From a virus (Duplodnaviria > Caudoviricetes), in IMG/VR virus record IMGVR_UViG_3300046779_000311, positions 1 to 30,303 of that record: 30,303 nucleotides of DNA; one strand, 5' to 3'. A program made the position numbers and the translations under genes. Below, piece after piece: positions 1 to 9,778 of this stretch (within the stretch, counting starts at the first letter, position 1; each line of letters begins with the position of its first letter). The notes beneath the pieces were generated by a model. It worked only from the letters and a program-made list of their open reading frames with translations. It did no database searches and was not told the DNA's origin.

Positions 1-3000
1 CAGAAACATAAGCTGTATAATTGCCAGCCCCCTGCCATCCAGTTCCATCATATCCTGGTCTAAAAGTAGTTCCTGTATAAGTATAATTATTGTTAGTTGT
101 ATAGACTGATCCTGTAGGCCCTTGAACAAATAATGAGTATGCGGTTGGAGAATTGCTAAAGCTCCAGGTGAATGTCCCCCCTACAGCTAAAGAATTATTT
201 CCAGTTAGAGAAATCAATACTGGAGCGCTACCTGATGTGGCCGCTACAGTAGGACCTAATTCGCTTGATGCGGCAAAGCTAGAAGTGCCAGCAGAGTTTG
301 TTGCAGAAGCAAAGGCTTTGAAGTAGAATCCAACATCTCCTGATTCTACTACATATGAAACAGAAGTATCTGTGTCTGATGCTTTTAATGTTTCACTTAT
401 AATAACAAACTGTGTTCCACGTACTATTCTTATGTCATATGATGTTGGAGAACCCGTCCAACCGCTTGTTGTTGCTGTAAGTGTTTCTCCAACTTTAGCT
501 GTTCCAGCTAAACTTACTGTTCCGTCAGCTGGCTTACTTACTGTTGGATTATTTAGAGTTGCTGATGGTCTAGAGGTTGCTGTTCCAGCAGTATTTGTTG
601 CTGTTATTAAACAATAGAATCCATAATTTGGATATGTTGTATTAAAATCAGATGGTGGAGTATAAGTAGAAGATGTAGCTCCAGGCACATTAGCAAACTG
701 AAATGAAGTGTTAAAATACTGCCATTGATAAGTTACTGTTGGAGTTGGAGTTCCTGCAACTGTAGCTGATGCAGTAAATTCAGTGGTTCCAGCTGTTCCA
801 GAAGTAGGGCTAATTGCTGCATCAGTAATTGTAGGAGCTACATTTGCAGCAGAGGTAGTTTTATCAAGTCTTGAAGTCCAGTCGCTTTTTGCATCGGCAT
901 TTGTAGCCCTAAGCCAGAAGTAGTAAGTTGTGCTTCCACTTAATCCAGTTATGCTTTTAGTAGTACTTGTTGATGTTGTTGTTGCAGATGTTCCAGAAGT
1001 TGGTGCAGTACTACTAGTACTATAATAAATATCATATCCGCTTGCAGCATCATTTGACGTTCCAGTTGTTGGAGCAGTCCATGATAAATCTACTTGCGAA
1101 GAAGATGCAACTGTACCAGCAAAATTAGTTGGGGTTTTTGGAGCATATAATAGAGCTTTTCCAGATGCACCTGGTGCAGCAGCTGGATACCAATTAGTAT
1201 AATATGTAGTTCCACTATTTGTATAAATAGATCTTACATAAAAATAATATGTAGTTCCTCTTGACATGCTGGTCCAATCATATGGGGAGCTTGAGCCAAG
1301 GGCTATGTCGTAAGTTGTACTTCCGTCTGTAGGTCTAGTAGTATTACTTCCAGTCCAATAAGCTTGATATCCAGTTCCGCCGCCACCAGACCATGTTAAT
1401 GTTATTTTTGTATTGCTATTAGAACTTGCGGAAAGACTAGTTGGAGTTTTAAATGGAGTCATACTAGATCTTGCAGACCAATCACTAAATGTTCCAGCAG
1501 TAGCATTGCCTGAAGAAGTTGTATTTCCTAAATTTTCAGACGAAGATCTTGCCCAAAAATAATATGTTGCATCTCCTGAAGGCAATAACGTTTCAGATAT
1601 TGATGTGCTTGTCGAAGCAGCATCATAATATGTAGATGTATTTGATGGAGCAGTTCCACTTGTATTCCAATATATTTGATAATATGGTCCACCACCAGTA
1701 ACTGTTACTGTAGTTGATGTTGGGAATGAATGTGTAACGCTACTTATTGTTGGAGCAGTAGTTGTTGTTAAAGTTTTTACTGTTCCAGTTACCTGAACGC
1801 CATCATAATAAACAGAATCAGTATATCTATATCTTGGAGTTATATAAACAGTATGGTCTGTATCTTCAGTAAGACCAGAAGGAGAATCTGTATTATTTGC
1901 CTCTACAGTTGGTGTAACAGTTTTTGGATAACCAGAAATACTTGACAGTGGAGATCCTTTTTTAACATCTATAATTACACGTGTTGCATAAAAGCTTGGC
2001 TGATATGTTGTAGTAAAACTAGTTTTAGCAATAGATGAAAATGTGGGGCCAGAAGTAATTGTTGGTGGGGTATTTGAAGCAGCATTTGGCTTAAAGTATA
2101 CAAGACTTGATATAGATTCTGTTCCAGCTTTGCTGCTATTATATGGAGTAACGTATACCCTACACTCTAAAGCATTTGGATCCCAATATGTACCATTTGT
2201 TGGATATCTTCCATTAAAGCTTGATATGGCAAAGTAGTAGCTGCCGTTGTAGTATACATAATCGCCAGCATTATATGTAACAGTTGTTATTCTACTCCAA
2301 TACGCTGAATTTACATTGTTGTTAGTATCGGCTGGCACTTGACCAAAAACACCTATTTCATTATATGGAAATGTAGATGCATATCTGGTTGTTGTAAGTC
2401 TATATTCATTTCCAGCATACCAGACAGTATTATTTAAATAGTAAGTGGTTGATGGACTATATGTATCCGTATTCCATGATTTACCAGTGAAATAACCAGA
2501 AAGATCATTATTAAATAAATACGCTGTGCTGCTGGAAGCAGACTGACTTAGTGGACCAATTGAAAATCCAGTAGCACGTTCTCCCTTAATTGTATATCTA
2601 ACTTCTGTTGTTCTTATTCCAGTAGTTAAAAATAAATTAGATGTAAATGCACTAAAGCTAAATGGTCTTATGTCTGACACATTTCCTGGTGGAGGTGCAG
2701 CATTAAATGATACGCTTGCAGATTTAGCAAATACGTTATCTGCGTTCATGTTAATAATTCTGTATGAATAGTTTCCATGTGGGGCTAAAATAGGACTATA
2801 TGGAGAATTAACTGTGTAATCCGAAGTTGTTCCAGATCCTAATGTAATCCAAGATGTTCCATTGTAGTACTGTAAGTAGTATGTAAACTTTGTTGTTGCC
2901 GCCGACCAGTATGCTGATATGTAGCTATTATTAGAATCAAATGTTGATACCCAAGTTAAAGTTGGAGTTCCAGGTGCAGTAGGAGCTGCATATATAGGGC

Positions 3001-4276
3001 CAAGGGCTGACGAGTAATTCCAATCCACTGAAGTTGTTCCTTGCAATCCCTCTGATGCAAATCTTACGTAGTAACCAGTAGAATTTATTGTTGTACCTAA
3101 AGAACCACCTGATCCATAAAAATCATCTATATACCAATCATGATTTTGATTTTCTAATGTGTCATTCCCTCCAACAAATAATCCCTCAAAATCGTAGAAT
3201 GAAGTCCAGTTAGTAGAACCATTTGAAGAATATTGAAATCTCCAATTTACAGATGTTGGATCTGGATTCCATGTTCCAGTATTACCACGAAAAGCTGGAG
3301 TATTATAAGCAGTTCCATCAGTTGAACTATCTGTATATAGTCCAGATCTATATTTTGTTTTATATCCAGATGTTGACGATATAGTTGGATATACATCTAC
3401 TACTGGTGTTTGAGAAACTTTAGCTGTTGTAATCACTGAAACCGCCACTCCAGTAGTTGTTCCATAGTAATAATCTGTACCAGAATTATATCTAGTTTCA
3501 ACAACATATATATAATTATTAACATCAGCGGAAACAGGAGTATATGAAGTTCCACTTCCTACAAATGTTCCTCCTGTAGTAGAGCTAATAGAATTTCTAT
3601 ACCAATATATTGTTCTTCTTGTTGAGTCATCTTTATATGCCTGAGCCGTATCCCATGTTGAAGAATATGTTAGAGCTACACCAACACTTGGTGCTGTAGG
3701 ATTAGAAATACTTTTAGTTAAGTTTAGAGGAACATCTCGAATAACTTTTATTTTTTCAGAAGATGCTGTTCCGTTATATGAAGAGTTACTTGCAGTAGCG
3801 ACTACTTCAAATGCCAAATAATTTGTATCAGTATTTGTTGAATTTGTCGCTGTCCAAATACTTGTTGGTAATGTATCTTGTCCAGTTGTTGAAGTCCATC
3901 CAGATGGAGTTCCACTTCTTAGTGTTCCTAAATAATTATTATCGGCATCGTAGTAATACCAAGCATACTCGTATCCAGTAATTGTCCAACCATTTGCATT
4001 CCATTGTGCATTATTTCCAACATACGATGATCCAATTACTATTGCATCTCCAGAATTTGTTAGTCTTCCAGAATATGTTGTTCCAGAATCAAAGCCTATG
4101 AATGGGACTCTGTTTGCAAATATTCCTGATAATGGCCATACCTTTACCCAATCTGCCTGCAAATACATCCAGACAGCTTTTGCAGTAGACCAAGTAGATG
4201 AGCTTGTCTTAATAAACATATTGGTCATTTTAGACCATGTATTCGAGGCTGTCTTAATAAAAATATCTGATGGCAT
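1..4276 (-). CDS. Giant (>1425 aa, 3'-truncated by window edge) FN3/Ig-repeat tail adhesin with two CBM5/12-like modules
   Basis: Manual translation from ATG at 4276 (MPSDIFIKTASNTWSKMTNMFIKTSSSTWSTAKAVWMYLQADWVKVWP) stays open to position 2. It contains FN3 signatures (PKTPTNFAGTVASSSQVDLSWTAP...YDIYY...ITGLSGSTTYYFWLRATN...SDW), Ig-like signatures (GTAKVGETLTATTSGWTGSPTSY; TYQWQY...GATSSTYTP...TATNTAGT), and is S/T/G/Y-rich. It is absent from the ORF track because no stop codon falls in the window. Confidence 0.92.
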   Translation of the reverse strand, partial: MPSDIFIKTASNTWSKMTNMFIKTSSSTWSTAKAVWMYLQADWVKVWPLSGIFANRVPFIGFDSGTTYSGRLTNSGDAIVIGSSYVGNNAQWNANGWTITGYEYAWYYYDADNNYLGTLRSGTPSGWTSTTGQDTLPTSIWTATNSTNTDTNYLAFEVVATASNSSYNGTASSEKIKVIRDVPLNLTKSISNPTAPSVGVALTYSSTWDTAQAYKDDSTRRTIYWYRNSISSTTGGTFVGSGTSYTPVSADVNNYIYVVETRYNSGTDYYYGTTTGVAVSVITTAKVSQTPVVDVYPTISSTSGYKTKYRSGLYTDSSTDGTAYNTPAFRGNTGTWNPDPTSVNWRFQYSSNGSTNWTSFYDFEGLFVGGNDTLENQNHDWYIDDFYGSGGSLGTTINSTGYYVRFASEGLQGTTSVDWNYSSALGPIYAAPTAPGTPTLTWVSTFDSNNSYISAYWSAATTKFTYYLQYYNGTSWITLGSGTTSDYTVNSPYSPILAPHGNYSYRIINMNADNVFAKSASVSFNAAPPPGNVSDIRPFSFSAFTSNLFLTTGIRTTEVRYTIKGERATGFSIGPLSQSASSSTAYLFNNDLSGYFTGKSWNTDTYSPSTTYYLNNTVWYAGNEYRLTTTRYASTFPYNEIGVFGQVPADTNNNVNSAYWSRITTVTYNAGDYVYYNGSYYFAISSFNGRYPTNGTYWDPNALECRVYVTPYNSSKAGTESISSLVYFKPNAASNTPPTITSGPTFSSIAKTSFTTTYQPSFYATRVIIDVKKGSPLSSISGYPKTVTPTVEANNTDSPSGLTEDTDHTVYITPRYRYTDSVYYDGVQVTGTVKTLTTTTAPTISSVTHSFPTSTTVTVTGGGPYYQIYWNTSGTAPSNTSTYYDAASTSTSISETLLPSGDATYYFWARSSSENLGNTTSSGNATAGTFSDWSARSSMTPFKTPTSLSASSNSNTKITLTWSGGGGTGYQAYWTGSNTTRPTDGSTTYDIALGSSSPYDWTSMSRGTTYYFYVRSIYTNSGTTYYTNWYPAAAPGASGKALLYAPKTPTNFAGTVASSSQVDLSWTAPTTGTSNDAASGYDIYYSTSSTAPTSGTSATTTSTSTTKSITGLSGSTTYYFWLRATNADAKSDWTSRLDKTTSAANVAPTITDAAISPTSGTAGTTEFTASATVAGTPTPTVTYQWQYFNTSFQFANVPGATSSTYTPPSDFNTTYPNYGFYCLITATNTAGTATSRPSATLNNPTVSKPADGTVSLAGTAKVGETLTATTSGWTGSPTSYDIRIVRGTQFVIISETLKASDTDTSVSYVVESGDVGFYFKAFASATNSAGTSSFAASSELGPTVAATSGSAPVLISLTGNNSLAVGGTFTWSFSNSPTAYSLFVQGPTGSVYTTNNNYTYTGTTFRPGYDGTGWQGAGNYTAYVS

Positions 4277-4285
4277 TATATCTCA

Positions 4286-6631
4286 CTAATACTGAATATA
4301 AATTTCTCCAGTGAGTCCACCACTTGGAGCCGTTGTTCCTGCAGAAATGTTTCTAAGAGCAGAAAACGAAGAAGACACATTGCTTTGATTTGAAATATAG
4401 TTGTAAACAGAAATAGAACCATACATTCTCAAAAGCACTGCCGTTAAATCCATTATACCACCTGAAGCTGTTTGTGTCATCTTAATTTTAGGAGGGGTAG
4501 CCCAAGCGGAATTTGTTGGAGGAACCATTACTAATCCTGGAAGCGTAGCGCTTCCAGCGTCATCTGAAAACCAGATGTATCCCGCAGTATTTGCGTCATC
4601 TCCAGTTTTAGGCATAAATTCAATTTTATCTGGCACTGATCCAGAAATAATAATCCTTCTACTTGATGCCGAATCAGATGTCTGAAATGTAGAACCAGTA
4701 ATTGTTGATCCAGATTTAATGGAACCTTTGAATTCTGCAGAGCCAGTTGATGCATCAATATAGAATGTTGTTTCGGAGCTACCATTCTTAGCTGTAATTC
4801 CAGCAGAGTTTAAAACTAACTTGCCTGCACCTACAGTTGCAGTAGTATCTGTGTCTAGTTTAAATCCAGTTGAGCTTATGCTAATACCATTTGCGTTAAT
4901 TGAGGTAATTTGATTAGAAGCATTTTCTACTACATATCCACCCTTTTGTAATGAATTGGTTGCAGCATCAAGGGCGTCTGCAGCATCAGAAGCAGCAGCA
5001 GCTGCATCACTAGTAGCAGTCTGAACATCTGAAGTTAAGGTAGCAAGATCAGTCTGGAGCTGACCTCCCATTACATTTATGCTTCCATATAGAGTTAAGT
5101 TTCCTGCAGGAGTTAATTTAAATGATGGAACAGATGATCCATTAAATGTAATGTTTGGTCCTACTATACCCTCTACTGGATCTATAGTAATTTTTTCTGT
5201 TCCGCCTTCATACAATCCAGTTGTTGGATTTAAAGCAGATCCTTGAATAATTGCAATCTTAGGTGTTGCTGGATTTAAAGAAATCTGGTTTGCGCCATTG
5301 CTTCTTATTTGTGTAGAGTTTATTGCCCATCCGCCAATTGTTCCAGATTGTGCAGTAAGCACACCAGTCTTGCTCACACTGAATGGAGCAGAAGCAAATG
5401 CGGAATTACCTAGCCAAATTCCAGTTGCTGGTTCAGCTTTAAATATATTATTTCCAGAGCCAATAGATAAATCTCCAGTAAATTCTCCGTCACCCTTAAT
5501 TGTAAGTTTTGGAGTAGATCCTATATCAAGTCTAAATATTTCTGTGCTTCCAGTTGAATATGCTGTTATGCCTTTTTTAACAGCAATAGATTCTCCATCT
5601 GGTGTAAAGTCATCTACACCACTTAATTCAATTCTTGCTCCGCCTACAGATCCTGTTCTTAACCAAGCTGAAAATTCTCCATTGCCAGCAACTAGATTTT
5701 CAATAGATATAAGACCATTTTCAAGATCGACTAGATTTGCTTTAGTTGGATTTACTGTAGCAGAATTTATTCTGGTATATGTAGCTACTCCGCCAACCTT
5801 ATAAAGTTCATCATTCTCATTTCTAGCTATGTAATAAAAAAACATTGGAGACGTATATGCTGCATCGTTTGACGCAAGCGTTAAAGCTTGTCTTAAATTA
5901 TCTAATCCAATATTTTGCCTATTAGTTGTAGCATCTACTGTTAATGTTGCTACTTGTGTTGTTGTAGAAAATCCAGTAGTTGCTGTTGCACCTAAATCTG
6001 ATCCCTTCACATGTATATCAATAGATTTAAATCCTTCAAATCCGCTTCCTGAATACTGTCCGCCCCAGTTTACTGATACTGCAAACGGGGCTGACGCAAC
6101 TGAAAGTCCAGATGGCAGTGTTGGGGCTTCTACGACTTGCTGTTGTCCCGTTACTGTAATTGTAAATGTGTTTGTAGGATCTCCATTAATTCCAGATGGA
6201 GTTACTGTAATTAGAGATACCTGATAAACCCCAGCTTCTGAAATTGAAATAGTTTTTGTGCCAGCTGCAAGGAAGCTGTCTACGACTTTGCCAGTTCCAT
6301 ATATACCGCCTATTACATATATGTCAACACGCTTAGCGTTTGCTGGAAATGCTGATAAGGTTACTGGTATATTACCAACAGATGTCGATGGTATAGATGC
6401 TGATGGTGCTCCAGGAACAGATTCTGTAGGAGTATTTAATGTATATCCAGGAGACCAATCACTAGTTGATCCATCTTCAAATACATACTGGAATTGAAAA
6501 ACATAAGACTCATCTATCTTTAGTCCAGTAGCAACTAACTTAAATTTATCTTTATCTACAGCATCTGGCTGAGATGTAATTCTCAGATCTTTAGGTAAAT
6601 AGTTTCCAGTAGACTCTAAAGTATCAGCCAT
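4286..6631 (-). CDS. Tail fibre/spike protein (N-terminal FN3-like domains, beta-repeat shaft, short coiled coil)
   Basis: 781 aa. FN3-like N-terminus (GLKIDESYVFQFQY...SDWS), Gly-rich beta-strand repeats (AQSGTIGGWAINST; FKGSIKSGSTITGSTF), Ala-rich coiled coil (LATLTSDVQTATSDAAAAASDAADALD), and fibre-type C-terminus TAPSGGLTGEIYIQY. Lies downstream of the hub genes. Confidence 0.75.
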   Translation of the reverse strand: MADTLESTGNYLPKDLRITSQPDAVDKDKFKLVATGLKIDESYVFQFQYVFEDGSTSDWSPGYTLNTPTESVPGAPSASIPSTSVGNIPVTLSAFPANAKRVDIYVIGGIYGTGKVVDSFLAAGTKTISISEAGVYQVSLITVTPSGINGDPTNTFTITVTGQQQVVEAPTLPSGLSVASAPFAVSVNWGGQYSGSGFEGFKSIDIHVKGSDLGATATTGFSTTTQVATLTVDATTNRQNIGLDNLRQALTLASNDAAYTSPMFFYYIARNENDELYKVGGVATYTRINSATVNPTKANLVDLENGLISIENLVAGNGEFSAWLRTGSVGGARIELSGVDDFTPDGESIAVKKGITAYSTGSTEIFRLDIGSTPKLTIKGDGEFTGDLSIGSGNNIFKAEPATGIWLGNSAFASAPFSVSKTGVLTAQSGTIGGWAINSTQIRSNGANQISLNPATPKIAIIQGSALNPTTGLYEGGTEKITIDPVEGIVGPNITFNGSSVPSFKLTPAGNLTLYGSINVMGGQLQTDLATLTSDVQTATSDAAAAASDAADALDAATNSLQKGGYVVENASNQITSINANGISISSTGFKLDTDTTATVGAGKLVLNSAGITAKNGSSETTFYIDASTGSAEFKGSIKSGSTITGSTFQTSDSASSRRIIISGSVPDKIEFMPKTGDDANTAGYIWFSDDAGSATLPGLVMVPPTNSAWATPPKIKMTQTASGGIMDLTAVLLRMYGSISVYNYISNQSNVSSSFSALRNISAGTTAPSGGLTGEIYIQY

Positions 6632-7525
6632 TTAAAACTCCAACTGTAATTTATATTCTATATCTACTGGTCTTCCAGAAGGCTTCTGTAAAGGTGTTGT
6701 CAAAATTGATCTTGAAATTAATCCATATGTTGGATCAAATGTATCCTCATCATTTATTCTAAGTCCGTCAAAGTACACTGTTGTTGCACCGCCGCTTCCT
6801 GCAGTAACCTCAACTCCAATCTTAGTAATGTTTGCAGGATCTGGAGCTACAACAGAAGTATTGCTAAATATTGTGCTCATCAATACAGATTGTATTTTAT
6901 CTCCAGTTCCAGCTAGTGGAGTAAAGTCTGCGTAATAATATTGAGTATCTGAACTATAAAACTTTACTCTAATATTTGTTAAGTTTGTATCTCTTTTCTT
7001 ATATGATAGAGTTAAGCTATCATTTACACTATAACCAGATAAATCTAAATCAACAATTGAGTTTGTATATTCTTTTGATGTAGACGAAGCAACATCGAAC
7101 TGAACCATGTGCTCACCAATTTTAGACAAGAACGGCTCTGTAGTATTATTTGGTTTTAACTGAGGACTATTATTTAATGAGTCTACCCAAGTATAATTAT
7201 TTTCAAATGAAGTTATGAATTTGCTGTCATATGAATTGATTGATTTTCTCTGTCCTGGATATAGTCCAATTTCAGATATTACTCCAGATACGTCTTGAGG
7301 AATTGTGGTCTTGTATATTGCAAAGTAATTGAATCCGCCTACTCCATCATCTTCAATATTGATACTTCCTAAAGACACTGGAAGTCTATAGAATTCAAAT
7401 TCTAATCTAGTATCGTTTACAGAAGCCGCCGTGGTTCCGATACCAAGAGCTATGTCTTTAGTATTAAACGTAGAATTACCAGCAATGTAATCTGTTAAAA
7501 ATCTTTTTCCAAATTTAGTTATCAT
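6632..7525 (-). CDS. Tail tip/fibre-attachment protein with inserted jelly-roll (CBM-like) domain
   Basis: 297 aa. MITKFGKRFL...IALGIGTTAASVNDTRLEFE and ISEIGLY...IEYKL resemble tail-collar/fibre anchoring domains. The central insert (FEN..W...DLSGY...ITKIGVEV...VYFDGLRI) looks like a galactose-binding-like fold. Confidence 0.6.
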   Translation of the reverse strand: MITKFGKRFLTDYIAGNSTFNTKDIALGIGTTAASVNDTRLEFEFYRLPVSLGSINIEDDGVGGFNYFAIYKTTIPQDVSGVISEIGLYPGQRKSINSYDSKFITSFENNYTWVDSLNNSPQLKPNNTTEPFLSKIGEHMVQFDVASSTSKEYTNSIVDLDLSGYSVNDSLTLSYKKRDTNLTNIRVKFYSSDTQYYYADFTPLAGTGDKIQSVLMSTIFSNTSVVAPDPANITKIGVEVTAGSGGATTVYFDGLRINDEDTFDPTYGLISRSILTTPLQKPSGRPVDIEYKLQLEF

Positions 7526-7917
7526 ACTACCTTTACCCTCGCATTAACTGACTTAACTGCCTGTCCACTTGAATTTCTAACCTTAAAGACTACTGTTACT
7601 GATGGGGCTCCAGTAGCATCATAAACAATTGAATTAGAAACTAATTCTATATCCATCAAAGACGGAGCTTTTTTAGCTGGAACATCTGATGGTTTTTCTG
7701 ATGGATCATCTGTTACTTTTTTAGAATCACCCTCGACATCTTCTGGATCTAAATCGTCAATATATAATGAAGCAGAAGAAAAGAAGTCTGATCCGACTAC
7801 ATTTGATTTAATAGTCTTTACTTTGTGAGGAGCAATTGTTAATGCTTCCGCACTTCCAGAATAAGCAACAACTGGTGAGACTGAGCCCACTGCTGTATCA
7901 GAAATCTTTTTTACCAT
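7522..7917 (-). CDS. Hypothetical tail-tip protein (131 aa), start revised to ATG 7917
   Basis: The track start at 7986 overlaps the upstream gene by 50 nt. ATG 7917 (MVKKISD) lies 6 nt after an extended -10 (TGGTATAAT). The stop overlaps the next start (ATGA). Confidence 0.75.
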   Translation of the reverse strand: MVKKISDTAVGSVSPVVAYSGSAEALTIAPHKVKTIKSNVVGSDFFSSASLYIDDLDPEDVEGDSKKVTDDPSEKPSDVPAKKAPSLMDIELVSNSIVYDATGAPSVTVVFKVRNSSGQAVKSVNARVKVV

Positions 7918-7932
7918 ATTTTGATTATACCA
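7918..7932 (-). promoter_or_regulatory. Extended -10 promoter (TGGTATAAT), leaderless start
   Basis: Minus strand reads TGG-TATAAT-caaaat-ATG, with no Shine-Dalgarno before the ATG. Confidence 0.7.
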
Positions 7933-7936
7933 TTTG

Positions 7937-9778
7937 TCAACTAAAAATTGAACGTGCAGTAATGCTGGTCTGTAGCCCCCCTTCAAATGAATTACTTACA
8001 GTTGTAACAATAAACTTTTCAGTACCGTCTAGATCATTCTTTGGATAATTAATAGATATAACATCTCCAATAGATATAAGAGGGTTTCCAAATATTTCTA
8101 GATTAACGACCTGCTGTTGTTCTGACCACTGATCCTGAATCCAGTCAGTCAAATTCTTGGCGTCAGATTCTGATTGAATCCAAGCTGACTCAAATATTAC
8201 TGGCTCTGGAATAGTGGTTTCGCTTAGCGTATTAGACACATATTCATGCTGACCAGAAGTAACAATATAATTTCCAATAACACTAAATGAATATAAGTTT
8301 GAATCATCTAGTGGAATAAATGTTCCAGAATTATTAATTACATATATCTCTGCACCAAAAGAAGATAGACGTTGTCCTAGAACAGCAGCAAACTTATTTA
8401 TACCCGTACTTGTAAATAGTGGGTCTCCTGGTCTATCCTGATATTTAATTTTAATTCTTTTAATTTCTCTAGCAACTGTTCCAAATTCTTCTAGAAATGG
8501 AATCTGGTCTGGAGCAACTACTCTATCTTCAAGGATTTTATCTCCGTATAGAAAGTCTAAAGTCTTAACACCATATTTACCAGTATAAATATTTTGAACT
8601 AAACCTTTTTCAAATTGAGTTTTTGTTAGCGGGGTTGCATAAATATAATCAAAGTTTGCTTGACCAGTATTTGCAAACATCGCCACCTTGGATGTTTTAG
8701 GTAATATTAACTCAGATGGCTTTGTAGAGCCAGAAACATTTTTATCAGTAGCACTTATTTTAAAGTTATTTACATATACATCAATTACTCTAGTAGTTGC
8801 TGTAGTTATTACATTGATATCTATTTTATATGAGATCCCGCCCAAGATTCCAGTTAATGCCTGACCATTAGTTCCAGATTGACTATCATTAAGTCTAACC
8901 TTTTGACCATCAACTAACTTATAAATATGCACTTCACGATCAGCGGTATTTGCTAAATTAGCTGTTGTTTTTACAAGTACGAAATAACCAGTCATTCCAT
9001 TATTATCTACAAAGAACCCAATGCCGCCAGAACCCTGAACATTATTGAGATTACTGCTAAAAAATATTGATGTGCCAAATGAGAAGTAGTCGTATGATGT
9101 ATTTATATTAGTATCTTTTAGTGCTACAGAATGGCTGTTCGAGCTTGGAGAATTATTTGCAATCTTAAAAAGGGATGTTTGCACAGACCTATTTCCTTGA
9201 GTAGCATATGAAGTTCCTTTAGGCTCTGTATATGTTTGATTACCAGTAACATCTGATCCGTCTGCTGCCGCTGCTGCTTCTTCTGCTAATCTTTTAGCTA
9301 GAGTTGCTCTATTAATTGCGTCAGTCCAGTCTAATGCTGAATTAGGTGGAGTTTGTGTTCCAGAAGTAGTTGCAGTTGTAGAAGCAACAGACGACGGCTT
9401 TGGTGGAGTTAAATTTTGATAAAAATAATCTCCATAAAATCCAGACAAGCTTGATCCAGCATATGCTCTTATTCTTAATTTATAAACCATTCCTGGTGTC
9501 ATCGGAGATGCAATAGATCCAATTGTAAATACATTTGTGTTACTGCTTATAACAAAATCTGGATCATTGAATGTGCTTTCACCAGCAACAGATCCGCCAT
9601 AGCTTCCTGCAGTTCCTAAAGGAGGAACCACTGTAACTGTAGCTATTGTTCCTGTACTATTATAACTAACTAAAATTGAAGATATTTTTAAGTTTGCTGG
9701 AGTAGGTGCAGTTGCTGGATCATAAGAATCCCAAGTGCTTCCGTTTACATAATAATAATCTGGTGATATAGGACTCAT
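7937..9778 (-). CDS. Baseplate hub/tail-tip protein, C-terminal part (FN3 + ConA-like insert + hub beta-barrel)
   Basis: 613 aa. C-terminus (ESAWIQSESDAKNL...LEIFGNPLISIGDVISINY...FIVTTVSNSFEGGLQTSITAR) is typical of gp27/Tal-like hub ends. N-terminal FN3 (PTPANLKI...MTPGMVYKLRIRAY). Confidence 0.7.
   Translation of the reverse strand: MSPISPDYYYVNGSTWDSYDPATAPTPANLKISSILVSYNSTGTIATVTVVPPLGTAGSYGGSVAGESTFNDPDFVISSNTNVFTIGSIASPMTPGMVYKLRIRAYAGSSLSGFYGDYFYQNLTPPKPSSVASTTATTSGTQTPPNSALDWTDAINRATLAKRLAEEAAAAADGSDVTGNQTYTEPKGTSYATQGNRSVQTSLFKIANNSPSSNSHSVALKDTNINTSYDYFSFGTSIFFSSNLNNVQGSGGIGFFVDNNGMTGYFVLVKTTANLANTADREVHIYKLVDGQKVRLNDSQSGTNGQALTGILGGISYKIDINVITTATTRVIDVYVNNFKISATDKNVSGSTKPSELILPKTSKVAMFANTGQANFDYIYATPLTKTQFEKGLVQNIYTGKYGVKTLDFLYGDKILEDRVVAPDQIPFLEEFGTVAREIKRIKIKYQDRPGDPLFTSTGINKFAAVLGQRLSSFGAEIYVINNSGTFIPLDDSNLYSFSVIGNYIVTSGQHEYVSNTLSETTIPEPVIFESAWIQSESDAKNLTDWIQDQWSEQQQVVNLEIFGNPLISIGDVISINYPKNDLDGTEKFIVTTVSNSFEGGLQTSITARSIFS

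Noticed and set aside
1-4285. Apparent 4.3-kb ORF-poor region suggesting non-coding DNA, recoding or an array
   Set aside because: It is one continuous minus-strand ORF that lacks a stop only because the window ends.
4277-7525. Three consecutive tail genes share one reading frame (TAA-ATG at 6632/6631; TAG-TGA-GAT-ATA-ATG at 4288-4274), suggesting read-through or stop-codon reassignment
   Set aside because: The second junction has a double stop, all three stop codons end genes normally elsewhere, and long ORFs are intact under the standard code.
7918-7986. Track start at 7986 for the 154-aa ORF
   Set aside because: The extension overlaps the upstream gene and runs through the promoter. ATG 7917 fits leaderless spacing.
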